Positions 36,607 through 49,215 of a DNA stretch of 64,000 bases are shown here, piece after piece (positions within the stretch are counted from its first letter, which is position 1; each line of letters opens with the position of its first letter). Location of the stretch: positions 80,398 to 144,397 of the forward strand of contig NMRA01000789.1 of the NCBI GenBank assembly GCA_002633005.1, given 5' to 3'. The position numbers and the translations under genes were made by a program. The DNA comes from Phoronis australis. Taxonomy: Eukaryota > Animalia > Phoronida. Below the pieces are notes generated by a model. It was given only the letters and a program-made list of their open reading frames with translations. It made no database searches and had not been told where the DNA came from.

Positions 36607-39600
36607 AATACATGGGGACTGTTTGTGCATGGCAACAGGTGCTAATGAACCAGCTGGGGGTGAACCTTGGACACTGCGCTGATTGACCATTCAATATTTT
36701 TATCTCAACTAATGGAACTATTCAGCATGACATTATAGCAGCAGAGAATTGGAACTTCATTTTGTCAAATTTTTCATTCAAAATAAGCAAAAAGATAAAT
36801 TTGACTGAGATGTTTGCATCAACGTACAAGTCAGACTTTGGAAAAAAGTACAAATAACAGTTTTGGTGATCACTTTCGAGAAAAGTAGCTGAATTATGTA
36901 AATGCCACTCACTGCCTATTGCATGTCTTGTAACAAAGTCACTTTGCATAACATGTTGCGTAATTCCTCTTTTTACAGCCATTTTGACAGAGTGTAACTT
37001 GCAACTAGGTAGAGTACACTCCATCTCCCTAAGGAACTTTACAAAAAACAATAAAAAATGAACGGGCAAGCAAGCAAACCTCGTGTTAACAAAACATCTG
37101 CCAGCCTACCAAAAAGTGATACATCAGCTATTTAATCAAAAAATGCAATCTTTGAAGAGGAATATCAGCCTGAGGTTCATGAGAACTTCATAAAACATCA
37201 GCTAACCCAGATACTTGGAATACAAATATGAGAGATGTCGAATCTTATCTCAAGTATACTATAATATCACATTCACCAACACTAGCCAGCCTACTGGTGC
37301 TCACAGCTGCGCTTGCAATGTATGTTTTTCAGGGCAAACTAGATAATCTCAAAAGTCAACAAATCTCCAAAAACCAAACAAGGAAATGAGAAGATATTTC
37401 AGCTATGTTTTGGTATGCGGTGACCACCAAACACAAAACTGAGGACAATTCAGCGGACCTAAAAATTTGGATGGGGGGGGGGGCAACCACAATTTTAACT
37501 GGAAAATGTCCAACTAGCCCAGTATACTGACAGCGTTGGACCTTATATAGGTCGGTCTGTACTTTCTCTTTACAGCTTGATGTACACTCACCTATGCTCT
37601 CTGTACAATTTCCGAACTTCTCATAAGCAGTTGTTAAACAAATTGCCAATAGACATTACAAACAAAACAAGTTAAAAAATAGTAGCTGTATTTTGAGAGC
37701 ACACGTCTCAACCTCAGGCACTTGGTAAAATGAATGTTGGGGAAACAAAACAGTGAAATGAACAGTGACAGCAGGTAGAAGGACATACAAGCAGAGAGTG
37801 TGAATGCAACACATGCAAGGAAGGACACAAGCCTAACGAAACAGAGCCAGCGTGTGGTACACACCCGTGAGCTGCTCAGTCAGCACAGGTTTTTCATGAC
37901 TGATCAAAATCTTGAACCGAAATGGGTCATTGTCTACATAGCAAATAATGGTATTATCTACTATTTCTTTCCCAGCTATTTTCCGGCCATATTGATGCTG
38001 AATGGACCTAGCCCGTGAATACATGGACGACACATTGAGCCGACTACCATTGGTTGTGCAATTGAACTTTAACTAGGATACTCTTGAACTGTAAGCTACA
38101 AATCCATGTACCTACATCTGACACAGGTCAAGGCAGCATTATCAGACAGCAAAGAGACATGTTTCTAATAAACCCAAGGTGCTTCGAATGCCAAAGGACT
38201 GCATTCTGCATAGTAAATTTCTGGTAAGAAAAGCGAGATTGTACACAAGTCTTCGTGAGATATTGCCATGCATGAGAACAACAAAAGTACGTGACCCAGT
38301 TGACGTGATCACACTAGATTTACTCGCGATCCGAGCGAGCTTCTTGCACCTTCCGCGACATGGAGCCAATCTTTAGTAGCGCGTTACACCAAGAATAACA
38401 AGTCATAAAGCTACGACTGTTTCAAGACCTGAATAAGTATAATTACCACCTCACATTGTAACTTACTTCTCACCCCCCTTGGGTTAGACCCTTTCATAAC
38501 AGTAAATCCACTGGTGATATGACCAGAGCAATACCCTACCTGACTGTTCCTAATAAATACCTGGCTATCTATGCCCAGTCATGGAGTGAACTCACATCCA
38601 AACAATGCCACAACTTTGACTGCCTGACTGATTTTCAATGGCGCCTGAGTTGTAAATATCCTCAGCTCATACAGTAGATTCCAAATTCACAGTGAGAATG
38701 TCCCACTGTCTGTCAAGAAAGGGGGTCATTTATCAACTGGTGATGAATTACTGATGACCTGTGACCCCAACAAGCAAATGTCACTATAAGCACTCATATT
38801 ATCACCAAAATAGTCAGGCTTACTTGAAAGCTATTAATATTTGTTGATATTGTGTTCTTGTCATGTATCATAAAAGGAATACATTATTGTGACCTCAATG
38901 ACCAGAGTCATTTTGACAGGTATGTGAGTCATTTCAATCATAAAACACAGGTTGGAGGTGAAACTAAAACAAAGGCCTGAGGTGAAACTACCTATACCAT
39001 GTCACTGTTGAATACAGTTCAAAAGGTCACCAAGTTCAGAAATGTGAACTGAATTTTTGAAAAAAGAAATTAATCATCGCTTACATGCTAGGAAACAACT
39101 CCCAGCATTACCATATAACCAGCTCAACACAATAATCATCCAGTCGCCAGAATTTAGGATTAGTAGAAATCTTTTTCTAATCACAAAATCCAGTATCCAA
39201 ACCAACACTGACCAACAGTTTGATGTCAATTACTTTTGCTTTGCAAGCACCTAATCTGAATTAACGACAAAAAAGACATTTTAAGGTTAATGTGCACAGC
39301 CCACTCTAACAACCTAGAGACTGGGCACTGATGAAGTATTGGATTTCAATGAGTAAATCCGATCTAATAAATTTAACACGCCTCTGCTAAAATCCAGACA
39401 GTCTCCTCTACATTATGATCAATCCGAATTTCTCATTCTCCACTTTTCAAGAGCTAACAGCTAAAAATGCTTAGAATTTCACCAGGCACTGGTTGATGAC
39501 AGCTGTTCAATACAAACTGTGCTAAAAATAAACTGAAACAATTCTAGTTGATCCTAGTGGCAGAATATTATTAAGGTTATGTAGATCCTCACTGTACACT

Positions 39601-39649
39601 CTGCTAAATAACAACAAAAGTGTAACATTTAACTCAATAAAAGCGCATA

Positions 39650-40030
39650 TTTCCTGAAAGTAGAAAGACTGCAAAATTTGATTGGTTTCATACAAATTTG
39701 CCATTAATGGGGAGACTTGACCATGTACTTTAACTGTAATTCAGTAAAAGCGAAAGATACATTCATACATAGCAAAACTATGGTATTAATAACAAGACCA
39801 AACTTAATTTAATATAATTGTCCTACATTTTTTGATTACCATTTCATTTTCATTTTACACAACTCGACAGTTTGCCCACAAAAATCGTAAGACCAACAGC
39901 CCGTGTTGAAAAGTTGGAACATTTTAAAGACAATTGCTAATAACATATTGGAGAACAGCGCGTAAAGCATAATATCTGAAAGTTTCGTAGGAATCAGAAC
40001 AGCCATTTATGAGATATGATGCTCTGAAGT
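39650..40030 (+). repeat. Degenerate dispersed repeat copy (same family as 14070-14465)
   Basis: Shared blocks as listed for 14070-14465; boundaries approximate. Confidence 0.55.
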
Positions 40031-43000
40031 TAATCAAATTTGAATATTTTCCTTGGGTCCTCGACACAATTCCACCTTGCATTCTTCAATACAGAAGCTT
40101 TACTACCACACCTGTCATGACCTCTATCATCCCTTGCAATGGCCAAAGCAGTCTGATGACATGTGTGTGCATTGTTCACTAAGCATACACACTGCAGGCT
40201 TCCTTGGTATCATAATAGATAATGACCAAAGTCACAACAATATAGCCACAGTGGTGGGGAAAGGTCAGTGCACCCCTGAAGGCTTCCAACTCTGTAAGAG
40301 ATGATTACCAGGCAAAAGATGAACTGTGCTAAGCTGTTTAATCACTCAAACCACAACTAGCCACAGACATTCTTCACAAAGAGCACAAATACCAGTAAGT
40401 ATTTAATTACATTAATTAAATGGGCAATAAACCCACACCTCCTGTCAAAAACTCAACTTTTGATCTAGGCCACTGACAATCAGTGAATAAGTCTCACCAT
40501 ATTCTCAGAAGACAGATGCCCTTGTCCATACAAAGCTTCAGCTAGGTTTGAGGGTGGGGGGATGGGTATTAGACTATATTTTTGATGAGGGGAGCAGTTG
40601 GAAATTCGGCCTCACAGCCATTTACAGAGTGGACTCAAAATAGGACCTGTTTGTAGAGAACTTCTACAAAATCAACTTTTTGAACAGAAACGCCACCCTT
40701 TTGAAGGATTAACTCCCCTCCACAGGAATTCTTAATGCAATGTTGCCAAAAATGAGTACGTCATTTGGAACAAGTTTTTAAAATAATGATACAGATTTGT
40801 ATAGAGTTTCAAACTCCCGAAGCATGCCCTACTGCAGCAAACGTCTAAAAGCAATATGGCTATCAACTGGGTGGGGATAGAATGGTTCCTGGACTGAACA
40901 CTAGATGGAGTTCCTAGTTGATGGTCGGTGGCTTTAGGATGGACAGCATCACATCAAACATTGAAAATGTCAAACTTTAAGTCTTGATTTTGTCATGAAC
41001 CATCACAAATTGAACCAATACTGTCCCCACAAAATGTTCTCCAAGACCTGTTTTGATTTATCACAATTAAGATTTTTCCAGCTTATCGACTTTGAAAACT
41101 AATGTAAACCAGCTAGAACTTTCAAGAAATTAATTATACCCCAGAGCTACCAGTCTTTCGTTTAACAGTGAAAGTTGAATTTTTAGCTGAAGCGTTATGC
41201 CATGCTCAACCGATCTTGACTTATTGCCGAATGACCAAGCAGCTCAAGTCACAGGCAATGCGTGCAACCCCAATAAAGCAAGAAGCATATTCTTAAGTCC
41301 CAGATGCTCTACATGTTCGTATTAGCAACAGAAATAGAACCCTATCACAGTAAGGAATATTACAAGACCCATTTTAAGAGATTAATACACCTAATTCAAA
41401 TTTCGTTTTCTGCCAGCTAACATGTCCAAATGCAGCTACCGTAAGCAAATTATAACATTTTGCTTTTGGCATTAACTCAATGCTTTACTTCAAGACTGAC
41501 TGCAACTCCCTTCAAGTTTAAATTTCCTGTTGTGGACTAGAGAACACAAATACACAAAATGAATCTGCTTTGTTACCACCCTTCTTTTCTGCTCTTCACC
41601 AGAGACACAATGTACGACTTTGCTAGCAGCATTTCTCTGGTTCAACACACAGACAGGCTTGATATCAATTCACATAAGGTTATTTTAATTAGCAAAATTA
41701 ACGACAGTCACCACATCACGGGAGTGAGATGGAAGTCTTCAGAACCAGATTCTCATAAGCTACATGACAAATTGAGATTCCTTATTTGTAGTGTTGAACT
41801 TATGAAGCTACAGCCTTGGATCTCTGGATATTAGTGGATTCTCCCATGACAGACTTCAACATGAACGGTACCTAATCGACTGCACTCTACGGTCCTCATC
41901 TTGGGGTCCACACCTAGAGGATCCACACCTAGGGCCCTCACGCCACCTTACAACATTTGCAACATGTTAGCAAGTCCTTGAAGGTTGTGGGAACAGCTCA
42001 TTATGCTAAACCATCTCAAAATTAATAATTTTTACGCAGGACCATCTACCCTGCCTACGTTACAATTAGTGAAAAAGTAGTCACAAAAAAACTACCAGTC
42101 ACTACAGGACACCAACAAAATATTTACTGGAAGAGGAAATAAAATTTGTTCTACGTCAGCCAGGAATGCGTGTTGCCATGGTAATGATGCCACATGACGT
42201 CATTTGTCTGCTAGTGTAGCAGACAGTAGTGGAGGCTTTGTGGACTTGCTGACTGACAGACTGGAATGCCTGTAAAGATTGTTTATAAACAAACATGGCC
42301 GACATGTGTATAGTGGCCTGGATTCATTCACTGAGATCAGTTTGACATGTGCAGTTAAGCTAATATAAAAACTACAGCATATCAAATACAGCTGTGTCAT
42401 GGTCAGATTTGCAATGGGTTCTGTCCTTGGCCATTTTTCGTAGTACGTGATACAAATTCCTTGTATTGCCCATTTCTTCAGTTAGTTCAAGCAAAAACAA
42501 GGACGTTTGTAACATTTCCACTTTTGAAAGGCCGATATTCACATGACTACCACTATTTCTGAATTTCAAGGATGTTATGATTTTAAATGACCCCTTTATG
42601 TGTTCCAACTTGAAAAAAATTCAATTTTACGGCCGCTACTTCGAAGTAAGATATTACAAAGATTAAGCTTTTCATGACACCAAAATGAGCTCCATCACCA
42701 CCACAGCATCACCTTACTTCACAACTCGATTTGCAAAATTAAATCAACATTCATACACTCAGTCCACTAGCCATTGTGCGAAAAGAGGGTGTCCCAAGGT
42801 AATAGTCATATAACGTAACAGCGCTTAATATACCTTTATCTCCACACTTTCTGAACTTCACATGGCCGCTTCCAGTGAGTAATACGAGTGGCATGTGAAG
42901 AATGTTTATAACTAGTGTGAAACCTACCATTTTATCAATATGAAATCCAATTAAAAGATCAACCTTCTAAAAACCTTCATGAGAGGACAGAGGTCATTTC

Positions 43001-46000
43001 AAATCTATTACACCAGAATAACCATATTCTGAAATAGCCCCGACAATGACAATGAAATACGCCTCGCCTCATCGGTAGGTCAGTTGATAGATCTGCATTC
43101 TTGAGTGATATTACGGTAATGCAGTAGCATTTTTTTAATGAATTGTTTATGCCAATCGTGTCAGGAAATTGCCTCTGATGTGCAGTGAAATATTCCAAAT
43201 AATTGACACAAAAGATGGTTTCGACAGTCGGTTATAGCTCTCATAACATTAAAGAGCTGTATGTAGAAGAATTCCTTCTGAGTAACAGATCTAACTTAGC
43301 AAAGACCAAAGCCATGCTAATATACCCATCTTGTTTAAAACACACAGCTGTCATAAATTGGTGTACTACAACGAACTGGAAGAAAGCTCCCATACCAAGA
43401 GATACCAACTACGTAACTAAACGGTTTCCTCCAGGTAAGCCATTTAACATTCCAAAATCAAACAGACCCAAGGTTGGTTTTAGCAGGTTTGTTCACTAGC
43501 CCTGCCTCTCACTACAGACATACACAAACAGTCACTGCTACTAACCAGAATGTATATTGACATGTGTATTTTAACTGGTCTACAGATATTTGAACAAACT
43601 CCTGTGCCCTGTCCTCTCACTAAAAATACTTCTCTAACCTTGTGTGCGTGAAGATGCAAAACAAGAGCGGACTCATGAGAAACACCCTTGTTTCACTAAA
43701 ACAACACAATCAACTATATAAATAATGAACAGTCAGATTTTAGAAAAAGTCTACCAGTGTGCAAAAAATAGTGGTCCATCTGTGAAAGTGTTTGTGTGTC
43801 TGTCCATCTGTCTGCCTGTCTGTCCATCTGTCTGCCTGTCTATCCATCTCACCCCCATGTATCTCACAATATACACCATATATAACTCATACCCATTGCA
43901 TCTCTGCTCCTGCCTATAGGTGCTTCATACCAGCTTCAGTAGAAAACAGCATCAGTATAAACAGTGGGTAATGTTGTTGTCACCAAAGTAATGTCACCAA
44001 AGTAAAGACTAGTCCAAGCTTGTTACATAAGTTATATCCCTGATGATAAAAGTCTCGAAACATCTATCCTCTGTAAAACCCATCCCAACTTGGAGTGCAA
44101 AATCAAGCAAAAGAATACCAATATGTTGCTGGAGTTTGACAAGTGAGAACCACTTCATATGTTAAGTATGGTGAAAATTCTTCAATTTAAGACGCTAGGT
44201 GCAAAAGTGAATTTTGATTTATTGAATTTTGCCACAAAAATAAATATTTGTTTTGTGATCAGTAGCATTTGTACTGATTATCTGTCATCAAACAACTTAT
44301 GACAACCTTTTGAGCATTCATAGGCTTGGAGTTGGACATTAAAATTTGAAAGTCAACAATTAAAAAAAAAATGTTTTTATCCCAAATGATAGAAATTTTT
44401 TCTGTATTTGCAAAATGACTGGTACTGAAAAGTGATAGGATGGCTGTGCAAAGCGTTGAACTACTGGCAGTAAACTATACCTATATACCCATCATGCACT
44501 GTTTCCACTACAATATATCAAGTCAAAAGTATGACTAGCCTTAGTGAATATGCCCCAGTCAGGATATACAAAGGCAGCAGATTGTTCTCCTCTCAATAGT
44601 GGACATATCAAAAATCAATGTGGCTGTGCAACAGAAACATTATCGAGACAACTATGGTCCCACAATCAATTCTCACCTGGCTTTGTTCATCTTTGATAGT
44701 CATCAAAAACCTCCATTGTAAACACACAGATTAAACAAGAGAAACAAGGCCTCTATACACACATACAGTAAATACAGGCTTATGCAATTAATTAGAAGTC
44801 CATAAATACACAGTTGAGTGTAACTAGATAAGATATAATGACTTCATTGTCATCTGTCTTAATTTCACAATCCAAACCACTACCATTTGGTTTTAGTGAC
44901 TGCGTCATTTAGGAAACAGTTTGCACGAGTAACCTTTCGAAGACAAAATTGACTTCATTGATTTTTAAATATGCCTGTCGATTTCATTGCAACTGAAAGA
45001 GCTCAGATACACGTTCTTACATCTAATCTGTGAGTGCAAAGTGACAGGGAATGTGACAGAAATTTGTGAAAGCTAATAACGAAGTTGTATTGATACCGAG
45101 TCCATATTTTTGCATACTGACATTGGAGCTGAGCTGAATTTCTGCTTTATATATACGGTAACACTGTAAAATTATAGAGCTCATTTAAAGCATCAATGAA
45201 GAAACAGTACTTTGAGATTAACTTGCTCCTAGTTTTGAAACACAAAACTGTAACTGATACAGATGGGTCAGAACTTGCTTTAGGGAGATGCTGAAAATGT
45301 CTGTATGGAACTTCAAACGGATAATTGAGAGATACCATGTTTTCTGTATTCTTCTGCAAAAGACATTTTGATATCAAAATTGGCCAGAAAAACATCATCA
45401 TCCTAACACAAAATCAACTCAATTGGTACCGCTGGGTAAATTTATAAGCACACCCGAAAAAGTAATACTTTAATAAATTATATTTTTAAAATCATACTGT
45501 TGACAATATTGCACGTCAATATGACATCAAGCAATGCATTGTGATATCATGTATGGCAATGTGATATCATGCGCAGTAATATGATGTCATTAGTGGTGAC
45601 ATCATGTATTGTATCAGTAATGTGATAACAAAAGTTGTAATGTGATATGAAGCATGGTAATAAGATATAATGCATAGTAATGTATCATCATGTGATATCA
45701 TATGTGGCGATACAGCATCGATACCCTCAGTCTAATTTTTAGTCACTGTATTACCTTGTGTCACGGACATGCAGGTGATTGAAACACTAGAGCCATTCAT
45801 TACAAAACATGCAGGCTTATTGAAATTGAAACTTGCTCAATAGGAGAAACAAGAGAAGTAGAAATGACATGAAAATAAACCTGGACATTATCGGCAAAAA
45901 CAGTGATCAGCCTCACCACAAAACTGAACGAACGACACCCACAATCGCAGCCAAACATCCTACAAATGAAGTTAAATTCCGCTCGATAAGCATATTTAAA

Positions 46001-46481
46001 AGGTAAAATCAACGGCCTTAAGAGACCTATCACCAAAATTTTGAGTGACGGCTTAACTGACCAATCAGAACACAGCATTCTTGACACACCATCATTTCCT
46101 AGCCGCCATTTTACCTGACAAACAACACGTTGTTGGGTAAAATTTATTGTTTGTCAGCTTTTAGCAAGGGGGCGGAACTTGCGATAGATCAATTTCAGCG
46201 AAAGCCTGGTGATTAGGTGAATAGTAAAAAAGTAAAAAAAACACGGATGTTCTTGTTTTATTACAGCTCTATCTTTGAAAACCATTGGTTTGGTTCATGT
46301 TCTGGGGTGGAATTGTTTTTTTAAATGGCGAGCTAACAGCTCTTAATTAGATATGAAAAACACCTGATGAACTTAATTAATTGCTTCAACTGAAATATTC
46401 GCCGCTACTAACTTGATTTGCATCAGTTTAAATATGGCGATTTTGGCTTGACCTAATCACGCTGCACAAGTCAGACTTGAC

Positions 46482-46881
46482 AATACAGCAAAACCACACT
46501 AACATTCATAATACAGCAAAACCACACTAATATTCATAATACGGCAAAACCTCACTAACATTCATAATACAGCAAAACCACACTAACATTCACAATACAG
46601 CAAAACCACACTAAGATTCATAATACAGCAAAACCTCACTAATATTCACAATACGGCAAAACCTCACTAAGATTCATAATACAGCAAAACCTCACTAACA
46701 TTCATAATACAGCAAAATCTCACTAACATTCATAATACAGCAAAATCTCACTAACATTCATAACACGGCAAAACCACACTAATATTCATAATACAGCAAA
46801 ACCTCACTAACATTCATAGTACAGCAAAACCTCACTAATATTCATAATATGGCAAAACCACACTAATATTCATAATACAGC
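46482..46881. repeat. 28-bp minisatellite, about 14 copies
   Basis: Unit aatacagcaaaaccacactaacattcat. Confidence 0.95.
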
Positions 46882-47591
46882 ATAGAAGTACATCAAACTA
46901 CGTAATCATCAGAAACTTCTATTTAAACTACAGTCAGTCATAACGATGTTAGAAACTGATGAAAAGTGAAGAATTTTGGCAATTTTGGCAGTGATGTTAG
47001 TCCAAAATTGGAACGATTTTACTTTAATACAACTTAAACATCCCTGACCAATAACTTTCCGTTTCTCAAAGGTTGATTGGGTTGCTCCCACTTTGACCAC
47101 GGGTCGTTACATAACATGCGAAAATAAACCAAGCTTATAATGAAGCAGAATTTTATTTTGGCAAAAAAAATCCCACTAAAAAGTGCTTCTTTTCTGCCAT
47201 GAGCTGTGCCACATACATGAGACATTGCTAACGCTATACACCAAGACCGTACGGTTGCTTTCCCATTAAGGGAACTTCAGTTTAACGATGCTTTGTCGAG
47301 ACTTCACTTACCATTCCGACTACACAGCAGTATCAAAGTTATCGCTTTGACAATAGACGACACAGTTCATTTGTACTCTCAAAGTTTGAGTAGATGGTTC
47401 GAGGCTAACTGAAAGTTGTTCGCCTGCCATTTACGAGTGTTTATGAAAATGATCAGCGTAATTCTTCATCAGATATGCTTTCTTTTATTTATTTATTTAC
47501 GTGCATCTATTGAGAGCACGTAGGCTACGATACAATAACAAACAACATGTTGTGTGAGTCTCACATGATCCTGTATCATCGTCACAACATC

Positions 47592-48395
47592 CAGTGTTCT
47601 CCACGGCCTGTTTTAACTCGACGCTGTAACGAGTTTGGATTTTGCTGCGTGAGTTTGGAAAATGCACGTCGAGTTTAGAAAGTGCTGCGTCAGGTTTGAA
47701 CTTTTGTCCAGGCTTGGTATTTCAGCCCTCAACCCTAAAGCAGTGCCTGATTAACCAACATCAAGCCCAATACAGAACTTTGAGGCAGTCAACACTATAT
47801 GTATAACTTCGTAAGACACTACAAAAGTTTAAGTTATAATTAACAAAATCTGCAAAAAACTTTAAATAACAAACATTTCATGGAGTCAACTAGCTTGCTT
47901 AATTGAATGACTAATCTACTTAATCATTCTAACTTTAAAATTTTGCAAGTCAACCTATAAAAAAGCAATTTAATTTGCTTAATAAAGACAATTTTGATTT
48001 TGACTGACATCTAGTGGCAAGTTAGAGAACTTTATGAGCTTATTAAACTTGACAACAGGTGTCACTAAAAACTAGGTCACATCAGAACTCATGTTAGTAG
48101 TACTTAATATGTCTAATTGATATTAAAATCGGCATTGGTATTATTAAAGGAACTTTTGATCTTTTGTTTGCTGCTCTTGGTCTGTCAAATGCTTTGGAGA
48201 AATTATGAGATGCATTGGTAGGAAAGCTAAACTTTGAAGTGTCTAAGAAGTAGGTCACACCAGTGCAGTGTGCAGTTTTAAACCATATATAAATACCTCC
48301 AGCATGACCATTCTTATGGGTAGACACAAAACAATGTCAATAACTGACATTCAACATTTGCGTCGAGTTTGGAATTTATAATGTGGAGAACACTG
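47592..48395. mobile_element. Non-autonomous DNA transposon, 13-bp TIRs, 5-bp TSD (hAT5-like)
   Basis: cagtgttctccac ... gtggagaacactg with acatc on both flanks; subterminal cgagttt repeats. Confidence 0.8.
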
Positions 48396-49215
48396 ACATC
48401 TACCGATAACTTCGACGAAGCTTCGCTTTCACTGTTTCCACTACACCGCAGTTTCGTTGAGTAGCAAATCTTCACTCTTAAATACTACTTTAGCTACCGG
48501 AGTTAACCTTTCCCACTTACCGAAGTTTCGCCTCAAATAGGAAAGCGACTCAAAACTGTAAGTGTTGAAGACTGCACAGTCCTTCAAACCACAGATATCA
48601 CTGAAATGTCTGACACCTTATCTCTCCTGCTCATCAAATTTCATCACAAATAACTTACTTTGTGCGCACACAAGGCAGTGGCTCCCAAAACAGCCCCATC
48701 ACCCCACTTATAAAACCATCCTTCAACCGACTAATAAGCAGATATTGAGATGCTCTTGGTCTCAAAATCCGAGTACCAAAGTAACCTATGCCTCAAAATT
48801 TCTGTGGAACAACTGACCTCAGATTTCAGCCACTCCAACCCACCAGTTTCCAAGCCAGTGTTCTCCCTTGTAAATAATCAAGTAAGAGTTCCACACTCCT
48901 CAAAGCAACACGCCACCAGTGTGCACCTTCAGGAGAGAACTGAGCCTCACCAAAGCAAGCACACCCTGGCTGACTGACTAAGGAAAGATGATTCAGAGTT
49001 ATCATCAGTCTGCTTTGAAGTGATAACTACTGTGTTCACTTGATGAGTGTCTGGCATGTTTTAGTCAGGGGAGATAAATCTGTATTGTAAACAACAACCT
49101 GAAGTTTGCTGAGACAGCACTTGACTCATGTTCGATGATAAGACTTGGTAATTTCCACAACATACTTGGGTTGAGGAAGCACTATTGGAATGTGTGCACA
49201 TCAATGTTACTCAAT

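Noticed and set aside
46482-46881. 28-41 bp repeat arrays as CRISPR-like loci (also 3124, 13102, 22001)
   Set aside because: Head-to-tail units with no unique spacers, no cas genes, eukaryotic intronic context.
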